This document shows, piece after piece, positions 49,214 to 60,974 of a DNA stretch of 64,000 nucleotides (position 1 is the first letter of the stretch; each line of letters opens with the position of its first letter). Location: positions 15,132 through 79,131 of the forward strand of contig JARIGS010000004.1 of the NCBI GenBank assembly GCA_029288725.1, in the 5' to 3' direction. A model generated the notes under the pieces. It saw nothing but the letters and a program-made list of their open reading frames with translations, was not told the DNA's origin and did not search any database. Made by a program: the position numbers and the translations under genes. Source of the DNA: Candidatus Nomurabacteria bacterium (GTDB lineage Bacteria > Patescibacteriota > Minisyncoccia > Phycocordibacterales > UBA9973).

Positions 49214-49414
49214 ATGAAAAACGATTACTTTAATTCAAATAACATTGCGTTTATCGACTACAAGGATGTCGAAAGCCTCAAGAAATTCTTGAATCCAAAC
49301 GGCCGCATCCTGTCTCGCCGCCGCACCGGCCTTACTGCCAAGAACCAGCGTTCATTGGCTGAAGCGGTAAAGCGCGCACGATTCATGGCACTATTGCCAT
49401 TCGTAGCGAACTAA
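49214..49414 (+). CDS. rpsR: 30S ribosomal protein S18 (no Zn ligands)
   Basis: [31 protein letters not shown]. Confidence 0.96.
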   Translation: MKNDYFNSNNIAFIDYKDVESLKKFLNPNGRILSRRRTGLTAKNQRSLAEAVKRARFMALLPFVAN

Positions 49415-49419
49415 CGAAA

Positions 49420-49455
49420 GCAAAAAGCCGATCCCTTACGGGATCGGCTTTTTGT
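49420..49455. terminator. Bidirectional terminator
   Basis: aaaaagccgatccc-ttac-gggatcggcttttt. Confidence 0.85.
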
Positions 49456-49481
49456 TTTGTGAGCTAGGTCTGATCTAGTGA

Positions 49482-50063
49482 TTAAACGCGTTCCGCGTAT
49501 TCACCGGTATCGGTATTGATACGGATCTTGTCGCCAGCTTCCACGAACAGGGGAGCGTCGATAGTAGAACCGTTTTCGAGTACTACTACCTTGGTGCCAC
49601 CGGTCACACTGTTACCCTTTACGGATGGTGGTGCTTCCTTCACTTCCATTTCCACCTTGATTGGTACCTTGATACCGATGATGCGTTCCTCATCTTCATC
49701 ATTCACGAAGACATTCAATTCGATTTCTGAATTTTCCTTGATGTACTTGAGCTTGTCACCGACAATGTCCTCCTTGAGAGAGAAGCGCTGACTGCGGTCC
49801 TTCACGTCACAGAACCAGATTTCGCCCTTTGCCTTGTACAAATAAATGGCAGGACGGTTAACCATGTCGGCTTCATGGACCTTTTCGGATGAACCGAATG
49901 AGATTTCAGCCACGCGTCCGGTGATAAGGTTCTTCAGTTTGGTCGCATTGACCGGCTTGCGCTGCTGCTTACGGAAAACGTGACTATGAATGACTTCATA
50001 CGGTTCACCTTCCCAAAGGATAATCTTGCGTTCGCGAATTTCGTTGTATTCTAACATTGCCAT
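49482..50063 (-). CDS. efp: Elongation factor P
   Basis: KLKNLITG, P.VKGNS, APLFVEAGD.I.INT.TGEY.ER. Confidence 0.93.
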   Translation of the reverse strand: MAMLEYNEIRERKIILWEGEPYEVIHSHVFRKQQRKPVNATKLKNLITGRVAEISFGSSEKVHEADMVNRPAIYLYKAKGEIWFCDVKDRSQRFSLKEDIVGDKLKYIKENSEIELNVFVNDEDEERIIGIKVPIKVEMEVKEAPPSVKGNSVTGGTKVVVLENGSTIDAPLFVEAGDKIRINTDTGEYAERV

Positions 50064-50160
50064 AGGATAACTCTGGATTATTGTTTAACTGAAAAATTGT
50101 AGCCGAAAGAGGGGTAAAAGTCCAATTAAGAAACCCGCCATTGCTGACGGGTTTTAATTG

Positions 50161-50496
50161 TTACTGGGGACTGCTTGTAGCAACGAGTTCGTATACTACG
50201 CGTAAAATTTCGATGATAATACCGTGGTACCCATCCCTACTTGTCGGTTCTTCTATTGATTTATTATGCATTTCTATCAATAGGACTTCTTGTTTTTTGT
50301 AAGCCTCGGGGAAGATTTTTTTACTTAAACTAAGCAACGTATTAATTTCTTCAGATGAAAGGTTTTCATCTTTAAACATATACGAACATATCTGTATAAG
50401 ATCATTCATATCTCCATCCTTAATCTTACTTCCCAAGATGCGGGTAAATTGTCCCATACTGGGAAACAGGGAATCGAAGCTAACTTGTGGTGCCAT
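50161..50496 (-). CDS. Hypothetical protein (AT-rich)
   Basis: 111-aa ORF between two terminator-like hairpins. Confidence 0.55.
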   Translation of the reverse strand: MAPQVSFDSLFPSMGQFTRILGSKIKDGDMNDLIQICSYMFKDENLSSEEINTLLSLSKKIFPEAYKKQEVLLIEMHNKSIEEPTSRDGYHGIIIEILRVVYELVATSSPQ

Positions 50497-50604
50497 TTTT
50501 TTATATTATTAAATTTCTTTCTTTATTATACCACATTTAAAATAAAAAAGCAACCCTATCAAGGGTTGGCTTTTTAGCTTGCAATAAAAGGGGATTGGAA
50601 GGAA

Positions 50605-51735
50605 TTACTCAGCGGCGCTGGTCATGACTACTTCCTTCATGCGCTTGCGTACATCTTTAAGGATCTGGTCACGGATCTTGGTATTTTCACGCATGAAGAT
50701 ACGGCTCGCGTCGTAACCACGGCCAAGTTTGATTTCACCTTCTTCGCTCGCCGTAGATTCATCGGAGGAGGGTTCGTTTGCGTCTTCACCATCTTTGCCC
50801 GCCTTCGTCTTCTTCGAAGACTTCGGAGCGGGGACACTAGGGAGGTATGAGTATGAAGTGCCACTTTTCTTGATCAGACCGAGGCTTTCACCAAGGGCGA
50901 GCAGTTCGCCTTCGAGAGAAATACCTTCACCATAAATGATATCGAATTCGGTCTGCTTGAATGGGGCAGCGACCTTGTTCTTCACGACTTTCACGCGGGT
51001 ACGAGAGCCTACCACTTCGTCACCCTTCTTGATCTGGGCAATGCGGCGAATATCAAGACGGACTGAGGTGTAGAACTTCAATGCCTTGCCACCTGGAGTG
51101 GTCTCTGGGTTACCAAACATGATACCGATCTGCATGCGGATCTGGTTAATGAAGATCACAATAGTATTGGAACGAGCAACGATAGCAGTGAGCTTACGAA
51201 GGGCCTGAGACATCAGACGAGCCTGCTTACCGACATGCTGTGCGCCCATGTCACCCTCGATTTCATCCTTTGGGGTGAGGGCAGCCACTGAGTCAACGAC
51301 GATAACGTCGATCTTGCCACTGCGTACGAGGCTTTCAGTGATTTCAAGACCCTGTTCACCCGTGTCAGGCTGGGAAATGAGCAGTTCCTTGATGTTCACG
51401 CCGATGTTTGCCGCATAGTCAGGATCCATAGCGTGTTCTGCATCAATGTAGGCACAGACACCGCCGAGTTTTTGAGCTTCTGCCACGACGTGCAATGCAA
51501 GGGTAGTCTTACCGGATGATTCTGGACCAAATATTTCAATGATACGACCGCGGGGAAGACCGCCAATACCAAGGGCAATATCAAGACCGATAGAGCCAGT
51601 CGGGATAGCGGAAACTGCTACTTTCGGGGTTTCGCCGAGTTTCATGATTGCTCCTTCGCCGAACTTGGTCTGAAGGGATTTGATTGTATCTTCAATCGAA
51701 GCGTTATGTTCTTTGGGTGCGGATTTTTTTGCCAT
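50605..51735 (-). CDS. recA: Recombinase RecA with a low-complexity insertion in the C-terminal domain
   Basis: [36 protein letters not shown]. Confidence 0.98.
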   Translation of the reverse strand: MAKKSAPKEHNASIEDTIKSLQTKFGEGAIMKLGETPKVAVSAIPTGSIGLDIALGIGGLPRGRIIEIFGPESSGKTTLALHVVAEAQKLGGVCAYIDAEHAMDPDYAANIGVNIKELLISQPDTGEQGLEITESLVRSGKIDVIVVDSVAALTPKDEIEGDMGAQHVGKQARLMSQALRKLTAIVARSNTIVIFINQIRMQIGIMFGNPETTPGGKALKFYTSVRLDIRRIAQIKKGDEVVGSRTRVKVVKNKVAAPFKQTEFDIIYGEGISLEGELLALGESLGLIKKSGTSYSYLPSVPAPKSSKKTKAGKDGEDANEPSSDESTASEEGEIKLGRGYDASRIFMRENTKIRDQILKDVRKRMKEVVMTSAAE

Positions 51736-51760
51736 AGGGGATGTAAATAATTAGGGAGTA

Positions 51761-52156
51761 CTAACGCTGATAAGGAGAGGCACTGTTGTCCGCCACGGTA
51801 GCGGAAGGGATTGCCACAACATGCAGGGTATCGGTCTTTTGCTTGCCGAACTGATCACGCTCTGCAACCTCTACTATATTATACCCCGGAGAGAGGATGA
51901 CGCCATCAGAGAACTGACCCTGACGATCAACACCAATGGAGCGGCCGTTCACGGTAATTGCCGTAGCGTGCTTTGCCGAACCAGTAATAGGGAGGTAAGT
52001 ACCGTCAACAGTTGAGCCGTCGGCCACAGCATTCACCGTCAATGGCGTGCCAAACAGCATATCCTTGATATTGTAGAGTACCAATCCGAGAAATCCTGCA
52101 ACGAGGACACCAGTCAGAATAGTAATAAGAGTAAGTTTTCCGATAATTTTTCTCAT
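51761..52156 (-). CDS. Small membrane-anchored Ig-like protein
   Basis: N-terminal TM; ITG.A......VNG...G.F...V.L.PGYN. Confidence 0.75.
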   Translation of the reverse strand: MRKIIGKLTLITILTGVLVAGFLGLVLYNIKDMLFGTPLTVNAVADGSTVDGTYLPITGSAKHATAITVNGRSIGVDRQGQFSDGVILSPGYNIVEVAERDQFGKQKTDTLHVVAIPSATVADNSASPYQR

Positions 52157-52159
52157 ATG

Positions 52160-54373
<2,214 letters not shown>

Positions 54374-54502
54374 GGCGTTCTGTCCTCTGAGTATATCACT
54401 GAGCGTAATGAAAAACTATTATGGTGTATGGGTTTTTTCAATACTACTGTCTTGAAAGGCAAGACTTGTCCGATAAGATAATGAAGCGTATACTGCCGAT
54501 AC

Positions 54503-55183
54503 TTGTCCGATAGGGAGGATAATATAAAGGACTATAAGAGACATATTATGGACTCATTACAATACTTACATACAAAGGAAAAAATAAAAGACAATACAAA
54601 AGGACAAAAAATTGCAGCGGCTTTGTACCTCATTAGCAATCATTTGTCCGATAATGATCCTCTTAAAAACAGCCTTCGCAGTCACGGAGTGACCCTGACG
54701 ACCACTGAGCATGAGGGTCAGAAAAGAGTGGCTATTCGAGCAATCGAAACCCTGCTTGGTACAGCAGTATTGGCTGGATTAATGAGCGAAAAAAATGTCT
54801 CCATTATCTATCTCGAACTTCGTCACTACGCAGTGCAACTCACTACTGAATCTGACCCCATCTCCTCCCTGTTTTCTCCTGTCCTTGAAAGTACCCTCCC
54901 TTCGTCTCAAAATTTGTCCTATAAAACTAACCCAGTAAAATCTTTCACTAATCAGGTTGCATACCAAAAAAATATTCAAACAAATGAAAGCAAATCAAAA
55001 AGACAGGATGCTATTTTGTCTTTTATCAATGAACGCAAGTCAGTCGGCATCAAGGACATTGCAGCCCTCTTTTCGGACACCAGTGAGAAGACTATCCAGC
55101 GTGAATTGGGAGCATTAGTAGCGGCTGGCAAGATCAATAAGAGAGGGGAGAAACGGTGGAGTATCTATTTGAGTGTGAACTAA
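54503..55183 (+). CDS. Helical-bundle protein with C-terminal DeoR-like winged HTH (start TTG 54503 or ATG 54548)
   Basis: C-terminal RQDAILSFI....VGIKDIA..F...SEKTIQREL..LV..G.I.K.GEKRWS. Confidence 0.8.
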   Translation: MSDREDNIKDYKRHIMDSLQYLHTKEKIKDNTKGQKIAAALYLISNHLSDNDPLKNSLRSHGVTLTTTEHEGQKRVAIRAIETLLGTAVLAGLMSEKNVSIIYLELRHYAVQLTTESDPISSLFSPVLESTLPSSQNLSYKTNPVKSFTNQVAYQKNIQTNESKSKRQDAILSFINERKSVGIKDIAALFSDTSEKTIQRELGALVAAGKINKRGEKRWSIYLSVN

Positions 55184-55698
55184 GGTAGCCCATCCGAGAG
55201 ACTGCATTTATTGTAAGATTTCTCTCATTGTTTCGTCTAACAGATAAGTGGTTTTTCACGCATTGTTTTTGCAGGAAAGTCAGTTACGGGCTATACTGTC
55301 CGAGTCATAATACGCTAGTCTTAAACCGACTATTGTGTTATTATGATAACTGTCTTTCTGTGTCACTATCTCGACAGGAAACTGTCGTGTTAGAGAAACA
55401 GAAGACAATAGTGGGAAACCACGAATTGAATGGTCATTGAAAACAGAATAACGACTGATCGAAAGATCACAAACGTTACGAAATTTTCGACGACCGTTCT
55501 TTTGTTTTCTGTTCTACAGAAGACTTGATATCGGCCTTGTCGACACGGCAGATACGCAATGCAGTAATTCATTGCCGTCTGCAAATTACATCTCTTTTAT
55601 ATAGTGTGATAAAGACACCGTATAAAGGAAACACGTACTGTTCGCACTATTTGTCGATAGTGCAATGAACGCTACGATTAATAAACATTAAATCTTCT

Positions 55699-57786
55699 AT
55701 GACAAAATTTACAAAATTCGTCGTAGCTTCAGTTGCTGCTCTTGCTGTTTTCGCAACAGTAAGTACAGCTTCTGCTGCTTACGTACAATCTGGAACTCTT
55801 AAACAGGGTTCAAAAGGTTCTCAGGTGATGTCACTTCAGCAGACACTTAACATGACTTCATGTAAGGTTGCTACTTCTGGAGCTGGCTCAGCTGGTATGG
55901 AAACAACTACTTTCGGTCCTGCTACAAAGGCAGCTGTAAAGTGTTTCCAGGCTGCTAACGGTCTTACTGCTGACGGTGTTGTTGGCGCTATGACTGGTGC
56001 TAAGCTTTCACTCGTTGCTGGCGGTACAGTTTCAACTGGCCTTCCTGCAGGATGTGTATCAACTTCTGGTTACAGTACAGTATCTGGCGCTCCATGTTCT
56101 GGAACTCCTGCTACTACTGTATTCCCAGCTGGTTGTGTATCATCTGTTGGATTCAGTTCAACAACTGGTATGCCTTGTTCATCAAGTTCAACAGCTGTAG
56201 TTGGTGGTCCTTTGAGTATCAACCAGGTGGTTGGTGGCTCAGGCTACACTGCTTCTACTGTTGGTGTTGGTGCTTCAAACAAGCAGGTTGCTGACCTTCG
56301 CATCACTACTGGTGCAGGTGGTTCAGGAACTCTTACTGGTTTGAATGTTACTTTCAAGAACACAAAGACTCCTGGTGACTACATGTTCACTAAGTACGCT
56401 TCAAACGTATCAGTATGGTTGAATGGTGTTCAGGTTGGTTCTCTTCCTGCATCTTCTTTCACTGTGTACAACCAGGCTTTCTCAGCGTACATTCCTCTAG
56501 CTGGTGCAACTCTTGCTCCAAATACAACTAGTGATTTGTACATTGCAGTTTCATCACTTCCAGTGATCGACTCTGCTAACCTTGGTGCAACAAACAACAC
56601 ATTCAGTATCACTGGTACTTCAATCCGTTACAGTGACTCAACAGGTTCTGCATTCCAGTACACTGTTAGTGACTCAACATTGACTAGTTCTACATTCGTA
56701 TTTGACACTGCAGCTTCTGCTTCAAGTATCAAGTTGAATGTTACTAAGGATGTGAATGATTCAACAGACCACACAGTACAGGCTTCATCATCAGCTCACA
56801 CTAATGGTATTACTCTTGCTATGATCGATTTGAACTCACAGGGTACAAACGTATCAATCCAGAGTCTTCCAGTGACTGTTGGTGTTAAGAACACTGGTTC
56901 TGGCACAAACGTTAGTGATGTAGTAAGTACACTTCGCCTTTACAACTCAGCTGGTACTTTGATCGACTCTGAAACAGTTCCTGCAAACGGATCATGTTCA
57001 GGATCAAGTCTCTCTGCTGTTTCAGGTGCAGCATGTGCAACAGTTACATTCACTAACTTCACCAACAACGGTCTTGCTATCCCAACTGGATCAACAAACG
57101 TGTTCACTATCAAGGGTGACATCAACACTGTTGATGGAACTGTGGTAGGTGCTGGTACTTATGCAGTTGCAGAAGTTACAGCCGCTAACACTCTTGCTAT
57201 CCAGGCATACGATGCAAACAACAACCGCCTTACATCAAACAGTACTTACCTTGTTGGTTCAACAACAGGTTCTAAGAACTACTTCTATGTAAACGGTATC
57301 AACGTTGCTGCTAACGGTTCAACTACAAACTCTTACTCTGCTGCAGGTGGTTCACAGACACACGGAATCTTCACTATGACTATTCCTTTCTCTGTAACTT
57401 CATACGGTACGACTTCATACATCCCATCAGCTACAGCTCTTGTATCTGCTGGTACTGTGAACAATCCTACTGCTACCAACGCGCAGACTATCCAGTATGC
57501 AGTTGATAACGGTTCTGCACTTCAGTCATCAGGTGCGAGTGCTACAATTACTTACACAGGCAGTGACTCTCTTGTTCCTGACACAAATGGTAATTACCAA
57601 ATTCCAGTTGGTCAGACAAAGACATTCAACCTTGTTGTAACTTACACTCCTTCTGCTGCTGGTTCATACCGTGCACAGTTGGTTAACGTAAACAACGGCA
57701 CTACCTCTGCAACTTCTGGTTACACTGCGTACACTGCTGGCTTGAATACAAACCAATTCCGCACTTCATACGTAGCTGGTCAGTAA
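55699..57786 (+). CDS. S-layer-like secreted protein with a peptidoglycan-binding domain and Cys-rich repeats
   Basis: Signal peptide; LKQGS.G.QV..LQ..L...FGPATKAAV..FQ...GL.ADG.VG; two PAGC..GxS..G.PC repeats; strong T/A-ending codon bias. Confidence 0.8.
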   Translation: MTKFTKFVVASVAALAVFATVSTASAAYVQSGTLKQGSKGSQVMSLQQTLNMTSCKVATSGAGSAGMETTTFGPATKAAVKCFQAANGLTADGVVGAMTGAKLSLVAGGTVSTGLPAGCVSTSGYSTVSGAPCSGTPATTVFPAGCVSSVGFSSTTGMPCSSSSTAVVGGPLSINQVVGGSGYTASTVGVGASNKQVADLRITTGAGGSGTLTGLNVTFKNTKTPGDYMFTKYASNVSVWLNGVQVGSLPASSFTVYNQAFSAYIPLAGATLAPNTTSDLYIAVSSLPVIDSANLGATNNTFSITGTSIRYSDSTGSAFQYTVSDSTLTSSTFVFDTAASASSIKLNVTKDVNDSTDHTVQASSSAHTNGITLAMIDLNSQGTNVSIQSLPVTVGVKNTGSGTNVSDVVSTLRLYNSAGTLIDSETVPANGSCSGSSLSAVSGAACATVTFTNFTNNGLAIPTGSTNVFTIKGDINTVDGTVVGAGTYAVAEVTAANTLAIQAYDANNNRLTSNSTYLVGSTTGSKNYFYVNGINVAANGSTTNSYSAAGGSQTHGIFTMTIPFSVTSYGTTSYIPSATALVSAGTVNNPTATNAQTIQYAVDNGSALQSSGASATITYTGSDSLVPDTNGNYQIPVGQTKTFNLVVTYTPSAAGSYRAQLVNVNNGTTSATSGYTAYTAGLNTNQFRTSYVAGQ

Positions 57787-57825
57787 TCTTCATTGATTAA
57801 CGATCACTTCGTGTAAGTGAGACAA

Positions 57826-57851
57826 AAAACCACCCTTCGGGGTGGTTTTTT
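57826..57851 (+). terminator. Intrinsic terminator
   Basis: aaaaccaccc-ttcg-gggtggtttttt. Confidence 0.9.
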
Positions 57852-57877
57852 GCTTTCCGGTACCTTATACTCTGGGG

Positions 57878-58924
57878 GTGAAGTTACATACTCGGAAAAG
57901 GACGACGCTCCAACTGGCAGGGGCAGGGTTGCTAGTAATAACGCTAGGAATCATAATAGGCTGGTTTGCTCATGGGGATGCTGGACATGCGGCTACTGTT
58001 ACCCCGAAGCTAGTACGAGAAAACTCTTTTTCTTATAAGTTCATCAATCCGATTATCCTGGCTCAGGTACCAGAAAATACCTCCATTCCGGAATTTCAGA
58101 CTCTTAAGAAAAACATCACAGCCTACATTACTACTGCCAAGGCCGATAAGAATGTGGCCGATGCCTCAGTCTATTTTCGACAGCTCAATACTGACAGTTG
58201 GATTGGGGTGAATGTCGATGACCTGTATGCTCCTGCTAGTATGCTCAAGGCGGTCTCACTTATTAGTTTTCTCCATGCTGTCCAACAGAATCCATCCTTG
58301 TACACCACTACTACCGCTATTACTTCCCAGGATGTGAACACTAATATCAATCAGGACTACTATTCTCCCAAGGACCCTATCGAGGTAGGGGAAACGTATC
58401 CTTCAAGCGAACTGCTGTCATACATGATTATCAATTCAGACAATACTGCTGCCAATGCCGTCAACGATATACTCGGTACTTCAGCACTCAATCAAACTTA
58501 TAGTGATCTGACCTTGCCCGTGCTGACCAGTACAACACCTGCTGACTTTATGTCACCGAAAATGTTTTCGCGAGTATTTAGAACTCTCTATAACGGAGCC
58601 TATCTGTCGGGTGCCGTTTCCGAACAGGCCCTTGATTTGATGAGCAAGACAACCTTCACCCAGGGCTTGGTGGCCGGTGTACCGTTTGGCACAGTGGTAT
58701 CCCACAAGTTTGGGGAGCGTACTCTTACCACCAAGAATGCTGATGGTACCAGTACTACGGTACGCGAATTGCATGACTGTGGCATTGTCTATGCACCCAA
58801 TGATCCCTATCTGCTCTGTGTCATGACAAAGGGGAATGCATTTACCTCACTGCAAAAGGTCATTGCTGATATTTCCGCCATGTCCTGGCAGTCTGTCCAG
58901 CATTTGGATAGCCAGAAAGGATAG
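57878..58924 (+). CDS. Class A beta-lactamase-related serine hydrolase, membrane anchored (start GTG 57878)
   Basis: PASMLK (SxxK), SDN, HKFG, HDCGIV. Confidence 0.88.
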   Translation: MKLHTRKRTTLQLAGAGLLVITLGIIIGWFAHGDAGHAATVTPKLVRENSFSYKFINPIILAQVPENTSIPEFQTLKKNITAYITTAKADKNVADASVYFRQLNTDSWIGVNVDDLYAPASMLKAVSLISFLHAVQQNPSLYTTTTAITSQDVNTNINQDYYSPKDPIEVGETYPSSELLSYMIINSDNTAANAVNDILGTSALNQTYSDLTLPVLTSTTPADFMSPKMFSRVFRTLYNGAYLSGAVSEQALDLMSKTTFTQGLVAGVPFGTVVSHKFGERTLTTKNADGTSTTVRELHDCGIVYAPNDPYLLCVMTKGNAFTSLQKVIADISAMSWQSVQHLDSQKG

Positions 58925-58944
58925 TGTAGTATTAGGGTACTTGT

Positions 58945-60966
58945 ATGGAACAGCCTGTCATCAACGCCAAAAAAACCATTTTCTGGATTGTGGCATTGCT
59001 CATTATTGTTGCCCCACTCATTATCTCGAAGGTAATAGTCTATGAATATATCAATCCAAAACTCTTTACCATCGAATTGGGATTGGGGTTGGTTATTGCA
59101 CTGACTCTGCTTCTTGCTCCACTGGCTATATGGAAAAAAGGACTGCGCCAACCGGCAGGATGGGGCATAGGATTGTTTCTAGTAACACTGGTAGGTGCTA
59201 CTTGTGCAAGTATGGATCCTGTTACGTCATGGTTTGGCAATATTGATCGTGGTACTGGTACATTTTTTCTCCTGCTACTAGGAATTGCCGCATGGGCAAT
59301 GGGGTCATTAATGAAAAGGGAAGAGGCACGCAAGTATTTGTTGTTGCCACTTGGTATTTCAGGAGCGATTCTTGCTCTTTCTATTTATGCTGAAGAATTA
59401 GGCTGGGGAGTATTGAAGACAGCTGATACTGGTGGATTTATTGGCAACACATCGATGACGGGTACCTACTTGCTGATGACACTGTTTGTCACGGCGTACT
59501 TGCTCTGGTCCGCATCATCACGCCGTGCCAAGTGGCTCTATGGCATTGCGATAGCAGTGATGCTAATCAACCCTGTCTTTGTGCACTTCTCATTTTTTAC
59601 TCATGACGCGGGACTGTTTTCAGTTGTCGGTGAAGCACGCGGTGCGGCATTTTCAGTATTGTTCGGTCTGGTCATTGCCGGTGGGGTATGGGGCATGACT
59701 TCCGCTGGACAGGTGAAAAAGTGGTGCGGTGCTGTCATCCTCGGTCTTGCGGTACTGTCTGCAGCAATTGGCATTGGCGCTCTGGTGACACCAAACACCA
59801 CTATTCACAACTGGTTCGTCAGTAAGGAAACCGACGTGCGCTTTATTTATTGGAATGCCGCCGTGAAGGGGTTTCAGCATTACCCAGTACTCGGAACAGG
59901 ACCAGAAACCTATGGCTATACGTACCAGCGATACTTTGATCCGATTGTGATGGTGCCCGGCCAATCCGGTGAGATCTGGTCAAACAAGCCACACAATATG
60001 TACCTTCAGGTTTTGACTGAGACAGGAGTAGTGGGTACCATTGGCTATCTTGCGCTCTTTGCCGGACTGATCGTATCGGTCATTGCCGCATACAGAAACG
60101 ATGGCAAAAATGATGAGCAGAGGAAATGGGTAATTATGCTCTCAGGATTATTGGCAGCCTATCTTCTTAATAACCTTATTGTCTTTGATACGGTCACGAG
60201 TTACTTCGCCTTCTTTATTATTGCCGCTGCCATTATTGCGCGGAGTCCGTACAGTTTCGAACAGGTTACAGAGTCAGCCCAGGAAAAGGGATTGCGCATC
60301 ATTGCTGGTCTGGGCGTTATGGTGCTGGTAGTGTGGATTGTCATTCCTCAAATAGTGAAAACTCATCGCGCTTACGAGGAATTCATCATCCCGCTTGATC
60401 GTCGAGCCGCATATTATCAGACCGTGGAAGACACGGCTTCATACGGTGCCGCACTATTTGTCTCACAGCGCGCGGACTTTTCATACGAGCAGATCTTCTC
60501 ACCGAATCTCGCCAGCATCTTGCAGCAAAATCAGGGCAATAAAACAATTGCTGCCAACGCCATTCAGTCTTTGATCGATACCTTGCAGCGTAGCTTTACC
60601 AAGTACCCTCCAAATGTTCAGGGTGAACTGGCAATGGGTAAGTTGGCGAGCATCAAGATGGTGATACTGAATGCGCCTGATTCAGCATCATTGGCAACAA
60701 TGAAGTCGGGAGCGGAAATGGCAGTCAGCCTTGCACCGAACAACCCTAACGGCTATATGCTTCTCGGTCAGGAATATGTCTATGAACAGCAATACAATAA
60801 TGCGTATGCTCAGTTTGAAAAAGCCCGCACATTGGAGCCATTATGGTTAGCGCCTCATATGGCATTGATCAACCTTGCCAACCTCTTGCATGATGACAAA
60901 AAGGCAGCGTTCTACGTTGTGCAAGCGCAGCAGGAAGTGCCTGGTTTTACTGCTACTAAGAAATAA
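58945..60966 (+). CDS. O-antigen ligase-family protein with C-terminal TPRs
   Basis: Multi-TM; R..YW..A..G....PVLGTGPE; HNMYLQ.L.ETG..G. Confidence 0.88.
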   Translation: MEQPVINAKKTIFWIVALLIIVAPLIISKVIVYEYINPKLFTIELGLGLVIALTLLLAPLAIWKKGLRQPAGWGIGLFLVTLVGATCASMDPVTSWFGNIDRGTGTFFLLLLGIAAWAMGSLMKREEARKYLLLPLGISGAILALSIYAEELGWGVLKTADTGGFIGNTSMTGTYLLMTLFVTAYLLWSASSRRAKWLYGIAIAVMLINPVFVHFSFFTHDAGLFSVVGEARGAAFSVLFGLVIAGGVWGMTSAGQVKKWCGAVILGLAVLSAAIGIGALVTPNTTIHNWFVSKETDVRFIYWNAAVKGFQHYPVLGTGPETYGYTYQRYFDPIVMVPGQSGEIWSNKPHNMYLQVLTETGVVGTIGYLALFAGLIVSVIAAYRNDGKNDEQRKWVIMLSGLLAAYLLNNLIVFDTVTSYFAFFIIAAAIIARSPYSFEQVTESAQEKGLRIIAGLGVMVLVVWIVIPQIVKTHRAYEEFIIPLDRRAAYYQTVEDTASYGAALFVSQRADFSYEQIFSPNLASILQQNQGNKTIAANAIQSLIDTLQRSFTKYPPNVQGELAMGKLASIKMVILNAPDSASLATMKSGAEMAVSLAPNNPNGYMLLGQEYVYEQQYNNAYAQFEKARTLEPLWLAPHMALINLANLLHDDKKAAFYVVQAQQEVPGFTATKK

Positions 60967-60974
60967 TTACTGTC

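Noticed and set aside
55270-55455. Possible RNase P RNA (aggaaagtc ... aacagaa)
   Set aside because: The P4 partner and P1 pairing could not be found.
57878-58924. Bona fide antibiotic-resistance beta-lactamase
   Set aside because: Membrane-anchored, with KFG instead of KTG and no clear omega-loop ExxLN; more likely a cell-wall-related serine hydrolase.
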